Assembly (NCBI GenBank): GCA_951406725.2
Contig: OX597831.1
Coordinates: forward strand, 1,612,001-1,676,000
Source: Octopus vulgaris
Taxonomy: Eukaryota
DNA: 64,000 nt
Reading direction: 5' to 3'
Made by a program: the position numbers and the translations under genes. Below are positions 11,311 through 21,960 of this stretch, in pieces (position 1 is the stretch's first letter; each line of letters starts with the position of its first letter). Under the pieces are notes generated by a model. That model searched no databases. It saw only the letters and a program-made list of their open reading frames with translations, and was not told where the DNA came from.

Positions 11311-12030
11311 TGTGGCATTGTGCATTAAGAATTTGTCTCCCAGGGCCAAACCATCAATTGTGGTATTGTGCATTAAGAATTTGTCTCCCAGGGCCAAACC
11401 ATCAATTGTGGTATTGTGCATTAAGAATTTGTCTCCCAGGGCCAAACCATCAATTGTGGTATTGTGCATTAAGAATTTGTCTCCCAGGGCCAAACCATCA
11501 ATTGTGGTATTGTGCATTAAGAATTTGTCTCCCAGGGCCAAACCATCAATTTTGGTATTGTGCATTAAGAATTTGTCTCCCAGGGCCAAACCATCAATTG
11601 TGGTATTGTGCATTAAGAATTTGTCTCCCAGGGCCAAACCATCAATTGTGGTATTGTGCATTAAGAATTTGTCTCCCAGGGCCAAACCATCAATTGTGGT
11701 ATTGTGCATTAAGAATTTGTCTCCCAGGGCCAAACCATCAATTGTGGTATTGTGCATTAAGAATTTGTCTCCCAGGGCCAAACCATCAATTGTGGTATTG
11801 TGCATTAAGAATTTGTCTCCCAGGGCCAAACCATCAATTTTGGTATTGTGCATTAAGAATTTGTCTCCCAGGGCCAAACCATCAATTGTGGTATTGTGCA
11901 TTAAGAATTTGTCTCCCAGGGCCAAACCATCAATTGTGGTATTGTGCATTAAGAATTTGTCTCCCAGGGCCAAACCATCAATTGTTGTATTGTGTATTAA
12001 GAATTTGTCTCCCAGGGCCAAACCATCAAT
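11311..12030. repeat. Minisatellite, 15 x 48 bp
   Basis: Unit TGTGGTATTGTGCATTAAGAATTTGTCTCCCAGGGCCAAACCATCAAT. Variants occur only in units 1, 6, 12 and 15, and there are no spacers. Confidence 0.97.
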
Positions 12031-12466
12031 TGAGAGTTCTACTGTGACGTTTTGAAGTGTTTGAAGGGGGACATTCGGTGAAAGTGACCAGATCTGTGGA
12101 GCGCAAAGAATTGGAACTTTCATGATGACAATGCACCCTGTCACTGAATACTCCTTGCTCATGCCATCATTCTGCACGTCGTATTCGTCAGCCCCTGTGG
12201 GCTTCCATCTCTTCCCCAAGATGAAAATGAAGCTCAAAGATTGCTGTTTTAACACTGTTGTTGTAATCTAGAGTGAATTGCAGAAGGTTCCTTGACTTGC
12301 TGATGGAAAACGACTTCCAAGCTGGATTCCAAAAGTGGCAAGAATGCTGGGACCACAGCGTTGCTGTGCAAGGTAACTATTTTGAAGGAGGTGATCTTAA
12401 AACTTCGGTAAATAAGTTATTTTTTATTAAACATAACTATTCCTGGAACTTTTTGATAGCACCCTG

Positions 12467-12733
12467 TAGATAAATAGAGATAGATAGATAAATAGACAGT
12501 CAGACAGATAGATAGATAAATAGATGGACAGACAAAGATAGATAGATAGATAGATAGATAGAAAGATAGATAGCTAATCAAAGACAGATATATAGACGGA
12601 TAGGGAAGGTAGACACACAGATAGGCTGATAGCAGACAGATAGGTCGGCTGATTGATAGATAGGAAGATACATAAATAGATAGACTGATAGATAGAGAGA
12701 CAGACAGACAGACAGTTATTTAGTTAGATAGAC

Positions 12734-12809
<76 letters not shown>

Positions 12810-13126
12810 AAACAGACAGATAGTTGGAAATAGAGACAGATAGATAGATAGCGTCACAGACACAAATAGATAGATAGATAGATAGATAAATAGAGAGAGA
12901 GAGAGACAGAGATAAATAGGTAGATAGATAGAGACAGAGATAAATAGGTAGATAGATAGAGAGACAGACTGATAAACAGGCATAGAGACAGATAGATAGA
13001 TAGATATTAGGAATAATAAACGAAATACTGAGATAAAGAAATATGTTGGGAATTCTATGTAAAAGTTAAGACAGAAAGACAAAGAGAGAGACTGGGATAT
13101 AAGAATGGCGTAGTTAAGCGTGAAGG

Positions 13127-13185
<59 letters not shown>
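12467..13185. repeat. (GATA)/(GACA)/(GA)n compound microsatellite
   Basis: Direct reading. Confidence 0.93.
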
Positions 13186-13187
<2 letters not shown>

Positions 13188-13499
13188 TGTAAGACAGTTA
13201 GAGAAAGAGAAACAATGACAACCGGGGAAGAAAAAAGAAAGCGAGTGTGGAGGGTAAATGTGAGGGACATGAATAAAGAGGAAAAAAGTGTAAATAGGAA
13301 AAGAAAGAGTATAGGGTAGGGAAAGAGAAAAGGTGAAAGAGTAAAACCAACGACAGAGAAAGAAAGGAGAGAGAGAGAGAGAGAGAGCAGAAGATGTAAA
13401 GAAAGACAAAATGAGACAAAGAATAAATGTATATACGTGAAAGATAGACAGAAGGTGTGTATGTGTGTGTGTGAATCACACACACACTCACGCTTTCAT

Positions 13500-14412
13500 A
13501 TACCCGCATATAATCACACACATGCACAAACCCGTGTGAAATGCACCTTTCTTCGCTTCTTGTTACTCTATCATCATCCTCTTACTATTACTCTATTGTA
13601 GCTGTTATTATCTTATTCTTGTGTATCAGCTTCGTGCTCAACTTTCCCCTCCTCCTTCCTTATTCGTCCGAGTCACCGCGAGCAGCAGCAGCAGCAGCAG
13701 TAGTATCGACAATTGCCCCCCACCACCACCACCTGTCTGAACCGAGTACTGTGGATTTAGTGTGGCGGAGCCGAATCAGCCTACAGGCGCTACCATGACG
13801 GACAGCGACACAAATCGTAAACTCTTGCTGACAATAACTGCAACAACACCATTATAAGTATTAGCCATATATATACATATACCATTTACCAATACAAGCT
13901 AATATACTACAAAGCAGTGGACTGTGATTACAATAATATAAGGGGGGAAAAATAAGGGGAACCACCTCCTTGAAAAAAACTTCGACTATATGTCTATGCA
14001 GATACAAACTGTATATTACACAAATACATAGAAAGAGATATCGTGAGATAGGAAGTTGTTGCTCAGTAGGAAGAAAAAGTTTAGGGAAAATTATTTAAAT
14101 AAATACACACACACACACATACACTCATACACAGACCAAGGACGTGAAAATACGTGGATAATCACCGGGAAAAAAATACTTACAGCACACTTAACCTCTT
14201 GGAGAGGTGATTGAATTACCCATTATTGTCGTCTACCTTTGTTTGAATTTCTCATCCATGACATACACCCACTAACCGGGGTATATATATATATATATAT
14301 ATAAAAAGCGAGAGAAAGAAGCAACAGTATAAACACACGGAATAACACCCGAAACTATATATATATATATATATATATAAAAGAAAGTTTAATGCAGTAA
14401 CATTTACTAGCC

Positions 14413-14445
<33 letters not shown>

Positions 14446-14566
14446 GCACATCCAGAGCTCTCTTTCTCTCTGTACTTAGTCTCCGTTGCTTTAAATAGTA
14501 TTAGTAGTAATATTACTGTTATTACTGTCACTAACTAGTTATTTCTATGTTGAAAAGATAGCAGCA
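13500..14566 (+). promoter_or_regulatory. Probable promoter / 5'UTR region of the FERM gene
   Basis: Sequence with no recognisable TE and retained CpGs (e.g. TTCGTCCGAGTCACCGCG, GGCGGAGCCG) directly upstream of the first coding exon, with (CAG)6 at 13683-13700. The TSS cannot be determined. Confidence 0.45.
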
Positions 14567-14725
14567 ATGTCGGCATTCTTTCGTCTTTTAACGGGTAGGA
14601 GACGTACCCGACCCGGTGGAGGTAATACCACGACCGATGGAGGACAGGTGGCTGGTCGCAAGAAAAATCAGCTCTCGTGTAACGTCGTTCTTCTGGATGG
14701 CACTGTTTATACCGTTGACATAAGT
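14567..14725 (+). CDS. EPB41L5: First coding exon of a FERM-domain (band 4.1-like 5 / Yurt-like) protein
   Basis: MSAFFRLLTGRRR...LSCNVVLLDGTVYTVDIS matches the FERM F1 start motif C-x-V-x-LLDG and, from memory, the EPB41L5/EPB41L4B N-terminus (MLSFFRRTLGRRS...TCRVSLLDGTDVSVDLP). ATG context is GCAATG, and a consensus phase-0 donor GTAAGT follows at 14726. The orthology call rests on 53 aa only. Confidence 0.8.
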
Positions 14726-16579
14726 GTAAGTTTTCTTTATATGTACGAATATATATATATATATATAAATGTGTTTGTGTATAACTTTCCTTTGTAGTTT
14801 GTCAAGCACATCGAGTCTGCAGATTCGGTTTCGATTCCTGGTTGTCGTAATTTCATTTTTACCTCTACTGCCCCCCCCCCCAAAAGCAAGAAAAAGCCCT
14901 TATCCCTCCCTTTCTCCATTTCTCTGCCTATATATAACAAGAGATTAGTATTCGCTGCTCCGTCGGGGTAACGGCAACGTTCTGAAGCTCCTCTAAAATG
15001 CTTCCCCCCCACCTCTAAATTTTATCAGTTTAATCATAAGCTACAGCTTAAAAAAACGTGTCTCTGCCCTTTTTTTAAAATCCCTTTAAAAAAACGTGTA
15101 AACAAAGTCAGGAAGGGACACCAAGCTGTAGTTGTATCAAAGATACACGGCTTTTTGTGAGAAAAATATTTCGTACACAAATCAATGAACCACTTAACCT
15201 TTTTCCCCCTGTATCGATAAATACCTGTAATATACCAGTATCAGTCTAATCGAGATGAGTTTTCCCCTTACATTGACCAATAAATCTTCACATTTGTTTT
15301 TGTTATTATTATACTTTTGTAAGAAATCGTTTGTTGCATTACTTTTATAACTATATCTATTGATCTTGGTTACTAAGGATTATGTCACATTGATGAAGCC
15401 ATGTTACTAGGGACTCGAGTCGGGCAAGTCAAGTTGTCTCATTGCTGAATCATACCGATCGATTCAAGAGATCGATATAACAGAAAAAGTGGGCTTACGT
15501 TACGTTACATGGGTTAATGTCATCTCTGTCACAATATCCAATGCTTTTGTCACTTGTGGCTCTGTTGCATTAACTGCAGCAGTCATATTAAGCTGTGTCA
15601 ACTGCTAACGGTCACTTACATCCAACATATAAATACACATTCATACATGAAAAGCGTACACACCTATGACACACACATGTCCTATATGAAAGGATTTAAC
15701 ATTGATTTGTAGTTAAAAACTTGAGAAGACATATAGGTCATTCATTCTCTCTTTCTCTCTCTCTAAAGTTGTTAAATATATGTGTGTGTGTGGTATAAAA
15801 TATATATTGTTTTCTTGTACGTAAAGTTAAGTATAAAAACAGCCGAACAAGGCTCACCCAATACATTCTAGTAGATTACCATATTTATTAATTTTTACAA
15901 AGAAAAGGTTGACAGTGACTTAGTGGTTACAGCTTACTAGCCTTCACTAGACAGTTTGGTCAACCTTTTCTCTGTGTGTGTGTGTGTTATGAAACAAATA
16001 CGTAGACACGTAGTCGCATCATAAAATCAAACACGAATAGACTCACATACCTGAGTCATCCACTTCATTTAGGTGTGTTCTATGTTCATATGTACACTTG
16101 TATATTATACTTGATAAAATAAAACTGAATTAATACGCCCCATTTCATGTGTACAACTTCATATACATGGGCCCTGCTCAATACTTTTATTTAGGATCTC
16201 ACTGCAAATCAGTTCGTCCCACCTTTAAATTGCTGCCCATAAAAAAACCATGATTTAGTCTGACCAAAATCCTAGTGTTTACTTTCATATTATGTGCGTT
16301 GAAGATATTGTTTAGCTCTAGGTCAGTCCTGATCGAGCAGACCTCTGTCAAAAGACATTCCAACTGCGACCACCCCATCTTTCTCTGACCTCATTATCCA
16401 GTGTAGTCTTTAAAATAATAGAGTTGGATTTGAGTTAGAGTTAGTTGCTATTTCTAAAAGCTTCAGCGTCCACTTACAGGTTCCCGCGATTGGTTTGTAT
16501 GTATTTGAGATGTAATTTAATCCTAGATCTGCTGATCTGTTTATGTGAACATATATTTACTTTGTTTTCTGTATCTGTG

Positions 16580-16731
16580 CAGTAACGTCTTAAGGCCTGG
16601 ACACACTGGGCCGTTGCCCGAGGGTCTCACAGATCGAGGGGTCCAACTCTGAACCCTGTTTGCTGGACAAGCTATCAATAAATACTATAGGGCCAAGTGC
16701 ATTAATTTGCGTGGGGGCTTAAGACGGCCTT
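16580..16731. mobile_element. Short GC-rich MITE-like relic
   Basis: Inverted termini CGTCTTAAG ... CTTAAGACG(GCC), GC-richer than the flanks. Confidence 0.45.
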
Positions 16732-17129
16732 GCGTGTGTTTTGTGACAACTAATATAATAGTCAACAAGTTTCAACAGTTCACTTCATATACGTAGTATG
16801 TCTGGTGTATTAGATAACAGTTGCCCAGTATCAACTGTGTGTATGTGTGTGTGTGAGTGAGGTAGGCTTTCGGTTTTGTGGTTACGAAATGAAAGTGGGG
16901 AAATTTTCGTAAGCAGTCAGTATTAAAATTGAAATTTAAAAAAACAAAATCCTGTCCTTCTCGGAGATCATAACCACTGCATTTCTAAACGTGATATTAT
17001 TTACCCCCACCCCACGATCTACAGAAAATATTCGAAAAAAATTAAAGCAATTTGGAGTTGGGTTGGGTTGGAAAATTTGAAAAGCTGTATTTGCGCGCAC
17101 TCACACACACACACACTCTGTCTCTCCCA

Positions 17130-17182
<53 letters not shown>

Positions 17183-17473
17183 GCATACACATACATTTTA
17201 TGCCCTGAAGAAGAAAAACGTTTTAGTTTGACCCTTTGTCGCTGAGGCAATGTCAACGACGAAATGTTCCGACCGAAACTTTATAAAATTTCTCGGATTC
17301 TACAGTAACACACACACACACGCGCGTGTGTGTCTGTGTCTACGAGCTTTTCCAGAATCTGTGTTTATACTTATGTATATATATACATACGTCTTTATAC
17401 TTACATAAATAATGTATGCATGTGAGTGTTATACTATACACACACACTTTCTTTGATTTTTTTTTTTTACGTC

Positions 17474-17716
17474 ATCTTCGTCTTATGATCCTTATTTCTC
17501 CTGTTAATCATTGCCGTTCTAAAAACCCACCGACACCACATAACACAAACGTGCTGTCCCATACATATAAAGCAGACGTCAAAAACCTGACTTGAAGGAC
17601 ATACATGATTAGGTGTGTGTGTGTGTGTGTGTGTGGTCAATGTATCATATTACATCGACAGAAAGTTACAAAAGTGACTCAAAGACCGCGAGTTTCTTTG
17701 TACATGTGCGTGTGTG

Positions 17717-17757
<41 letters not shown>

Positions 17758-18748
17758 CTTTAAAAACTGCCATGGATTTCATAACTGGACCAGCCAAGTG
17801 GTAACCGAACAAAAAAGCTGTATATAAAAGAAATCCACTTTTAATCAATCCTTAATATACACGCTGAAGGCAGTGCATTATTGATAGTGTTAAAACAATA
17901 TATACACACCATCAAAATAGCGTAGAAAATGAGAGAAATGAAAGTTTTTCATGTTTGGAGAAGAAACATAGGGGGTGGGCCCCGTTAACCTAGTAAGTAG
18001 TAAATAAATGTTGACACAGATATGAATGAAGGCGGTGCTTCAGCATGGCTTCTTCAACCGTGTTGAGTTAAAGAATACAGATATGTATGCATGTATTGCG
18101 ATACAAACTTATGTACACTGTTTGGTCATGAACTATTAATAGTTGATAAGTACCGTTGATATTCGATGAGGCCTTGCTTGGCCGTCGTAATAGCAACCAA
18201 ATTTTCTCAAACCACACAGTACCACCTTAAAACAAGATCACACAAAACAACGTTCTCCTAGGTTAGACTGAGAAAAGGAGATAGTCAAGATCGGAATGGT
18301 GTTGATCCGAGGTCCATAGTTTTGTTCGATCACAGTTGATCCAGTGTGTTAATAAACGCAAAGACGAGCCAACGAAATTACTTTTGCCCAGTCGTTTAAC
18401 TGACTAGAAATGACAGCTAAATCTTACTCAAATCAACACCTCGCTGATTTATAAAGGGATTTATAGGTTAATGTTGTCGGGGATACATTGTTCTCGAGGT
18501 TATATGAGGTCACCCCAGTTTGTATATGAAGGAAGGCGTGTGTGTGTGTGTGTGTGTGTATCAGTCGTTGCAAGAGGGAGGGGAAGGCTATCGTCAGAGG
18601 ATTCAGCCCCACCCCCGTCTTCATCTCATGAGCCTTATTTCTCCTGTTAAATAATCGTTGCCACTCTAAAAACCCACCACCACCTAATGCATACATGTTG
18701 TCCCATACACAAAGCAGACGTCAAAAACCTGACTTGAAGGACACACGT
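17474..18748. repeat. ~135-bp diverged direct repeat pair (17474-17608 and 18616-18748)
   Basis: Both share CCTTATTTCTCCTGTTAA, TCTAAAAACCCACC and an identical 33-mer AAAGCAGACGTCAAAAACCTGACTTGAAGGACA (17569-17601, 18711-18743). Confidence 0.9.
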
Positions 18749-18833
18749 GTGTGTGTGTATCTATTTATCTATATCTCGTCAATGTTTCGTATATACGACA
18801 ATGAAGCACACTCTAAAACAGAGCAGTAATGTA

Positions 18834-18955
18834 TTAAAAGTAATTAAGTTTATATCCGGTCATAGAGTGACCAGTTATTTCGTATCCACAAAGGCCTTTG
18901 TGGATGCGGAACCATTGGTCACTCTATGACCGGACATAAACTTAATTACTTTTAA
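18834..18955. repeat. 122-bp near-perfect palindrome without spacer
   Basis: 61-bp arms centred on AAGG|CCTT (18894/18895) with 6 differences; both ends read TTAA. Confidence 0.95.
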
Positions 18956-19155
18956 GCGAGTTTTAAGAAGTTCGTTTTGTTACCATGAGGTAACTAACAT
19001 TCGACACGTGTCTTTATTATTATTTTTCATCACCCTGGTCGACCCAAGGCTTCTAAGTAAAACTGTCCACCTGTAAACTACGTCGAATGGATTTTAATTC
19101 TAAGTACCGACCTTTTCATACAATGAGTGTCGAAGTTTCTGTCATAGGAAAACGT

Positions 19156-19394
19156 TTAACCCGTTTGCATTTAAACCCGCCATAATCAGGCCTGTAACGA
19201 TACAGGCCCAGGCATTCTACTTGTATTATACTGAAACCAGCCAGATCTGGTCTCTCACACGTACCTTCTATGTCACTCTACAAATGACGTCACACCATTG
19301 AAATCTCGAAGCTAATAGATAAATGCATGATTGATTCAAAACAATGGGAATGAATTAACAAATTTTGACAGTAATCTAAATGCTGAAGAGTTAA
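19156..19394. mobile_element. TTAA-flanked piggyBac-like MITE, family P1
   Basis: TTAACCC...(A/G)GTTAA ends. Homologous copies: 23231-23458, 39775-40001 and 48243-48654 (the last with a nested family D SINE). Confidence 0.8.
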
Positions 19395-19962
19395 AGGTAC
19401 ACGACGCGTGAAGCACTCGTTTACTCGACAATTCATTGATTAGGTATTTCAGTAGATCGAACAACTACTCGTCGAAACCAACCGAAATCCATTTATTTAT
19501 TCATTTATTTTCGCATGTATATCATTGCTAGTCTAGACATTCCTGATAAATATTTGTTCTTAAATAGGTGGTAGGTAGGTAGTTGTGGTATTAAGGTTGA
19601 GGTGAGCTGCAGTGATTGTTCCCTGGGCACCCCTCCGCACATGACTTCTTGTTATCTTGCCTGTTTATGTATTAGGCTACTTACCTACTTCTCCAGATTT
19701 ACTTTTCTGTAGCTCACTTGCTAGCTAGCTACATTTACCTTTGTTACCTTGTCATCTTCGTTGCTATCAGTCCATCTATCTGTCTGTTTACTTGTTAGCT
19801 AACTAGCTAAATTGTTAGCAAGTTAGTTGGTTGCTTTTGCTACCTGTCAACTCTCTGGAGTTGTTTTCCTAGACCAACGATTTTCAAGCTTTTCGATTTA
19901 GGACACACCATCTGCTTTTTAAAAATTTTTAGTGCGCGCGCGCACATATATGTGTGTGTGTG

Positions 19963-20019
<57 letters not shown>

Positions 20020-20031
<12 letters not shown>

Positions 20032-20290
20032 GTGAAAATGTCTGTCTGTGTGAATTCTTAAAACTTGAGAACTACACAACCGATTTCATTGAAATTTTAC
20101 ACATGCTTTACTTAGAGTCCATGCAGTGTCATGGGCCCCCAAAATTTTCAACTCCTTGTCTAATGCGAGCCCAGAGCAATCTCTTGTCTCTTACACTATG
20201 TCAGTATTACGTGTCAAAAGTGAAACAATAACATCACTATTGTAATGTGAGATACTTTCAGTTTAATAGTTTTACTATTAATACTGAAAT
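20020..20290 (+). mobile_element. Probable non-autonomous Helitron-like 5' fragment
   Basis: TATATAAA...TGTCTGTCTGTG...ACCGATTTCATTGAAATTTT head of the same style as the elements at 24743 and 44218; no 3' CTRR located. Confidence 0.45.
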
Positions 20291-20519
20291 TAATAAAATG
20301 AAACTATTATCTCCCATATATACACTTATATACATGCATGCATACATATGAACGCATACATACATACATATGTATGTATGTAGAAGGTTGAAAAGGAACA
20401 CATGAGTTGATATATATATGGAAAAAAAGTCAAGGTAGAAAATGCTAAAATAATTTTATAAAAAACTTTTCAGCACCAGTTTCGGTCATTGAGACTTTTT
20501 CAACTGTAAGTATGGAAAA

Positions 20520-20795
20520 ATTAAATGAAACACTGATTTAACCTAAATTTGAGACACCAGCAAAAGAAGAAATATAGATTTTTTTTTATTCCAAGATAAA
20601 CACTTTTACAAATGCACGTTCCCACGGCTTTATCGATTGCATTCTCACCTGGAATCGATTTGAGTAATTTTTTCAAGAGTTTTACAAGCCCTGATACCGT
20701 AGGTATCTACATATCAAATTTGAGTGCAATTGGATGGAGGATGCCTGAGATCCTAGAAGACACACACACAGACAGACAGAACGGATTTTATATAA
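20520..20795 (-). mobile_element. Helitron-like repeat; inverted homologue of 44218-44545
   Basis: Near-identical reverse complement of TATATAAAATCCGTTCTGTCTGTCTGTGTCTTCTAGGATCTC...GCACTCAAATTTGATATGTAGATACC. The ORF track shows the shared peptide ISNLSAIGWRMPEILEDT in both copies. Confidence 0.7.
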
Positions 20796-21176
20796 TATAT
20801 ATATAGGTGTGGCTGTGTTGTAAAAAACTTGGTTCCAAAGCACAAGTACATGGTCCTGGGTTCAGTCCCACTATGTGGTAACTGTGTCTTGTGAGTGGAT
20901 TTGGTAGACAGAAACTGAAAGAAATCCATTGTCTATATAAGTGTATGTCTGTATTTCTCCCTCATCACTGCTTGACAACTGGTGTTGGTTTATTTACATC
21001 CCCATAACTTACTGGTTTGACAAGAAGAGACTGATAGAGTAAGTACCAGGCTTATCAAAATAAAAAAAAGCACTGGGGTCGATTCATTCGACAAAAGATT
21101 CTTCAAGGCAGTGTCTCATATTTTTGTTTGCTAAAAATATTATCGATAGATACTTGATTGTATCTATCAATCTTTC

Positions 21177-21210
<34 letters not shown>

Positions 21211-21404
21211 ATTCACACACACACACACACACATACATATACACATGTATGTATATGTGCATATATATATATATATATATATTATGTCTTTATGTGTGTT
21301 CTTGTGTTAATTATAGACTTGAAAACAGCTGCACCGACCCTAATGAAATTTGGAAAAACAAAATCCAAGCCTAGGGAGAAGGGTAATGCTGTATGTTTCA
21401 TACA

Positions 21405-21960
21405 ATTTCATGGACCAAAATTACTGAATGGATCCTTATGATATGTGGAACTTAGATTCAATGCATAAGGGCAGATATGATGCAGTATGTTTGGTTTGAA
21501 TTTGAGGTGGATTAAAGAGGGAAGAACGCTCCATGAAAATTCATAAATTTCCGATGTTGATGAAATTTCAACCGTAGATAATTGACACACATCAAGAAGT
21601 ATTACCAAAGTTTCCGCTTCTCATGAGGATTCTAAGACCCCCTAATGGGGGCCATAACTCCCAAATTTTAGTCATGTTTTATGATCCAAAACTAGGTCAA
21701 AAGTATTGAATGGATCTTTATGAAATTTGGAAATTATATTCTATGCATAAGGACAGATGTAATGCAGTATATATTTGAAAGTGAGGGGGCATAAATGAGG
21801 CCATAACACTCATGAAAATTCATATATTTTTGCTGTTGATGAAATTTTAACCATAGATATTAGACACAAATGAAGTAATATTCCTAAAATTTTGACTTCA
21901 TAGGAGTTAGTAAAAGCCCTTATTGGGGGCTTAACCCCGACAATTTAGTCATTTTTCCCA
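21405..21960. repeat. Two diverged ~283-bp tandem units
   Basis: TGAATGGATC.TTATGA, ATGCATAAGG.CAGAT, CATGAAAATTCATA, TGTTGATGAAATTT and TTTAGTCAT recur at about 280-285 bp spacing, preceded by an ACCGACCCTAATGAAATTTGG motif. Confidence 0.8.

Larger units (their letters stand above)
10589..12466 (+). mobile_element. Rearranged mariner transposon containing a SINE and a 48-bp minisatellite
   Basis: TA-flanked TIRs (TA|CAAGGTGGTATCAAAAATTTCC ... GGAACTTTTTGATAGCACCCTG|TA). Transposase remnants: NVKFCLKLGKSATE, LRQAYGNEAM..QCFKWCRHFKSGRTSLENDERS, FYCDVLKCL, WNFHDDNAPCH, FQKWQECW...QGNYFEG. Confidence 0.92.

Noticed and set aside
11311-12030. Regular 48-bp repeats resembling a CRISPR array
   Set aside because: The units abut with no unique spacers, there are no cas genes, the context is eukaryotic, and the unit derives from mariner coding sequence.
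11185-12255. 356-aa antisense ORF and 284-aa alternative-frame ORF
   Set aside because: They are open only because the 48-bp unit has no stop in those frames; no recognisable domain.
14726-14797. C-terminal extension of the 76-aa ORF
   Set aside because: It lies after the GTAAGT donor and runs into (TA)n, so it is intron read-through.
17250-17290. CGACGA...CGAAAC hammerhead-like spacing
   Set aside because: No convincing stem I or stem II pairing.
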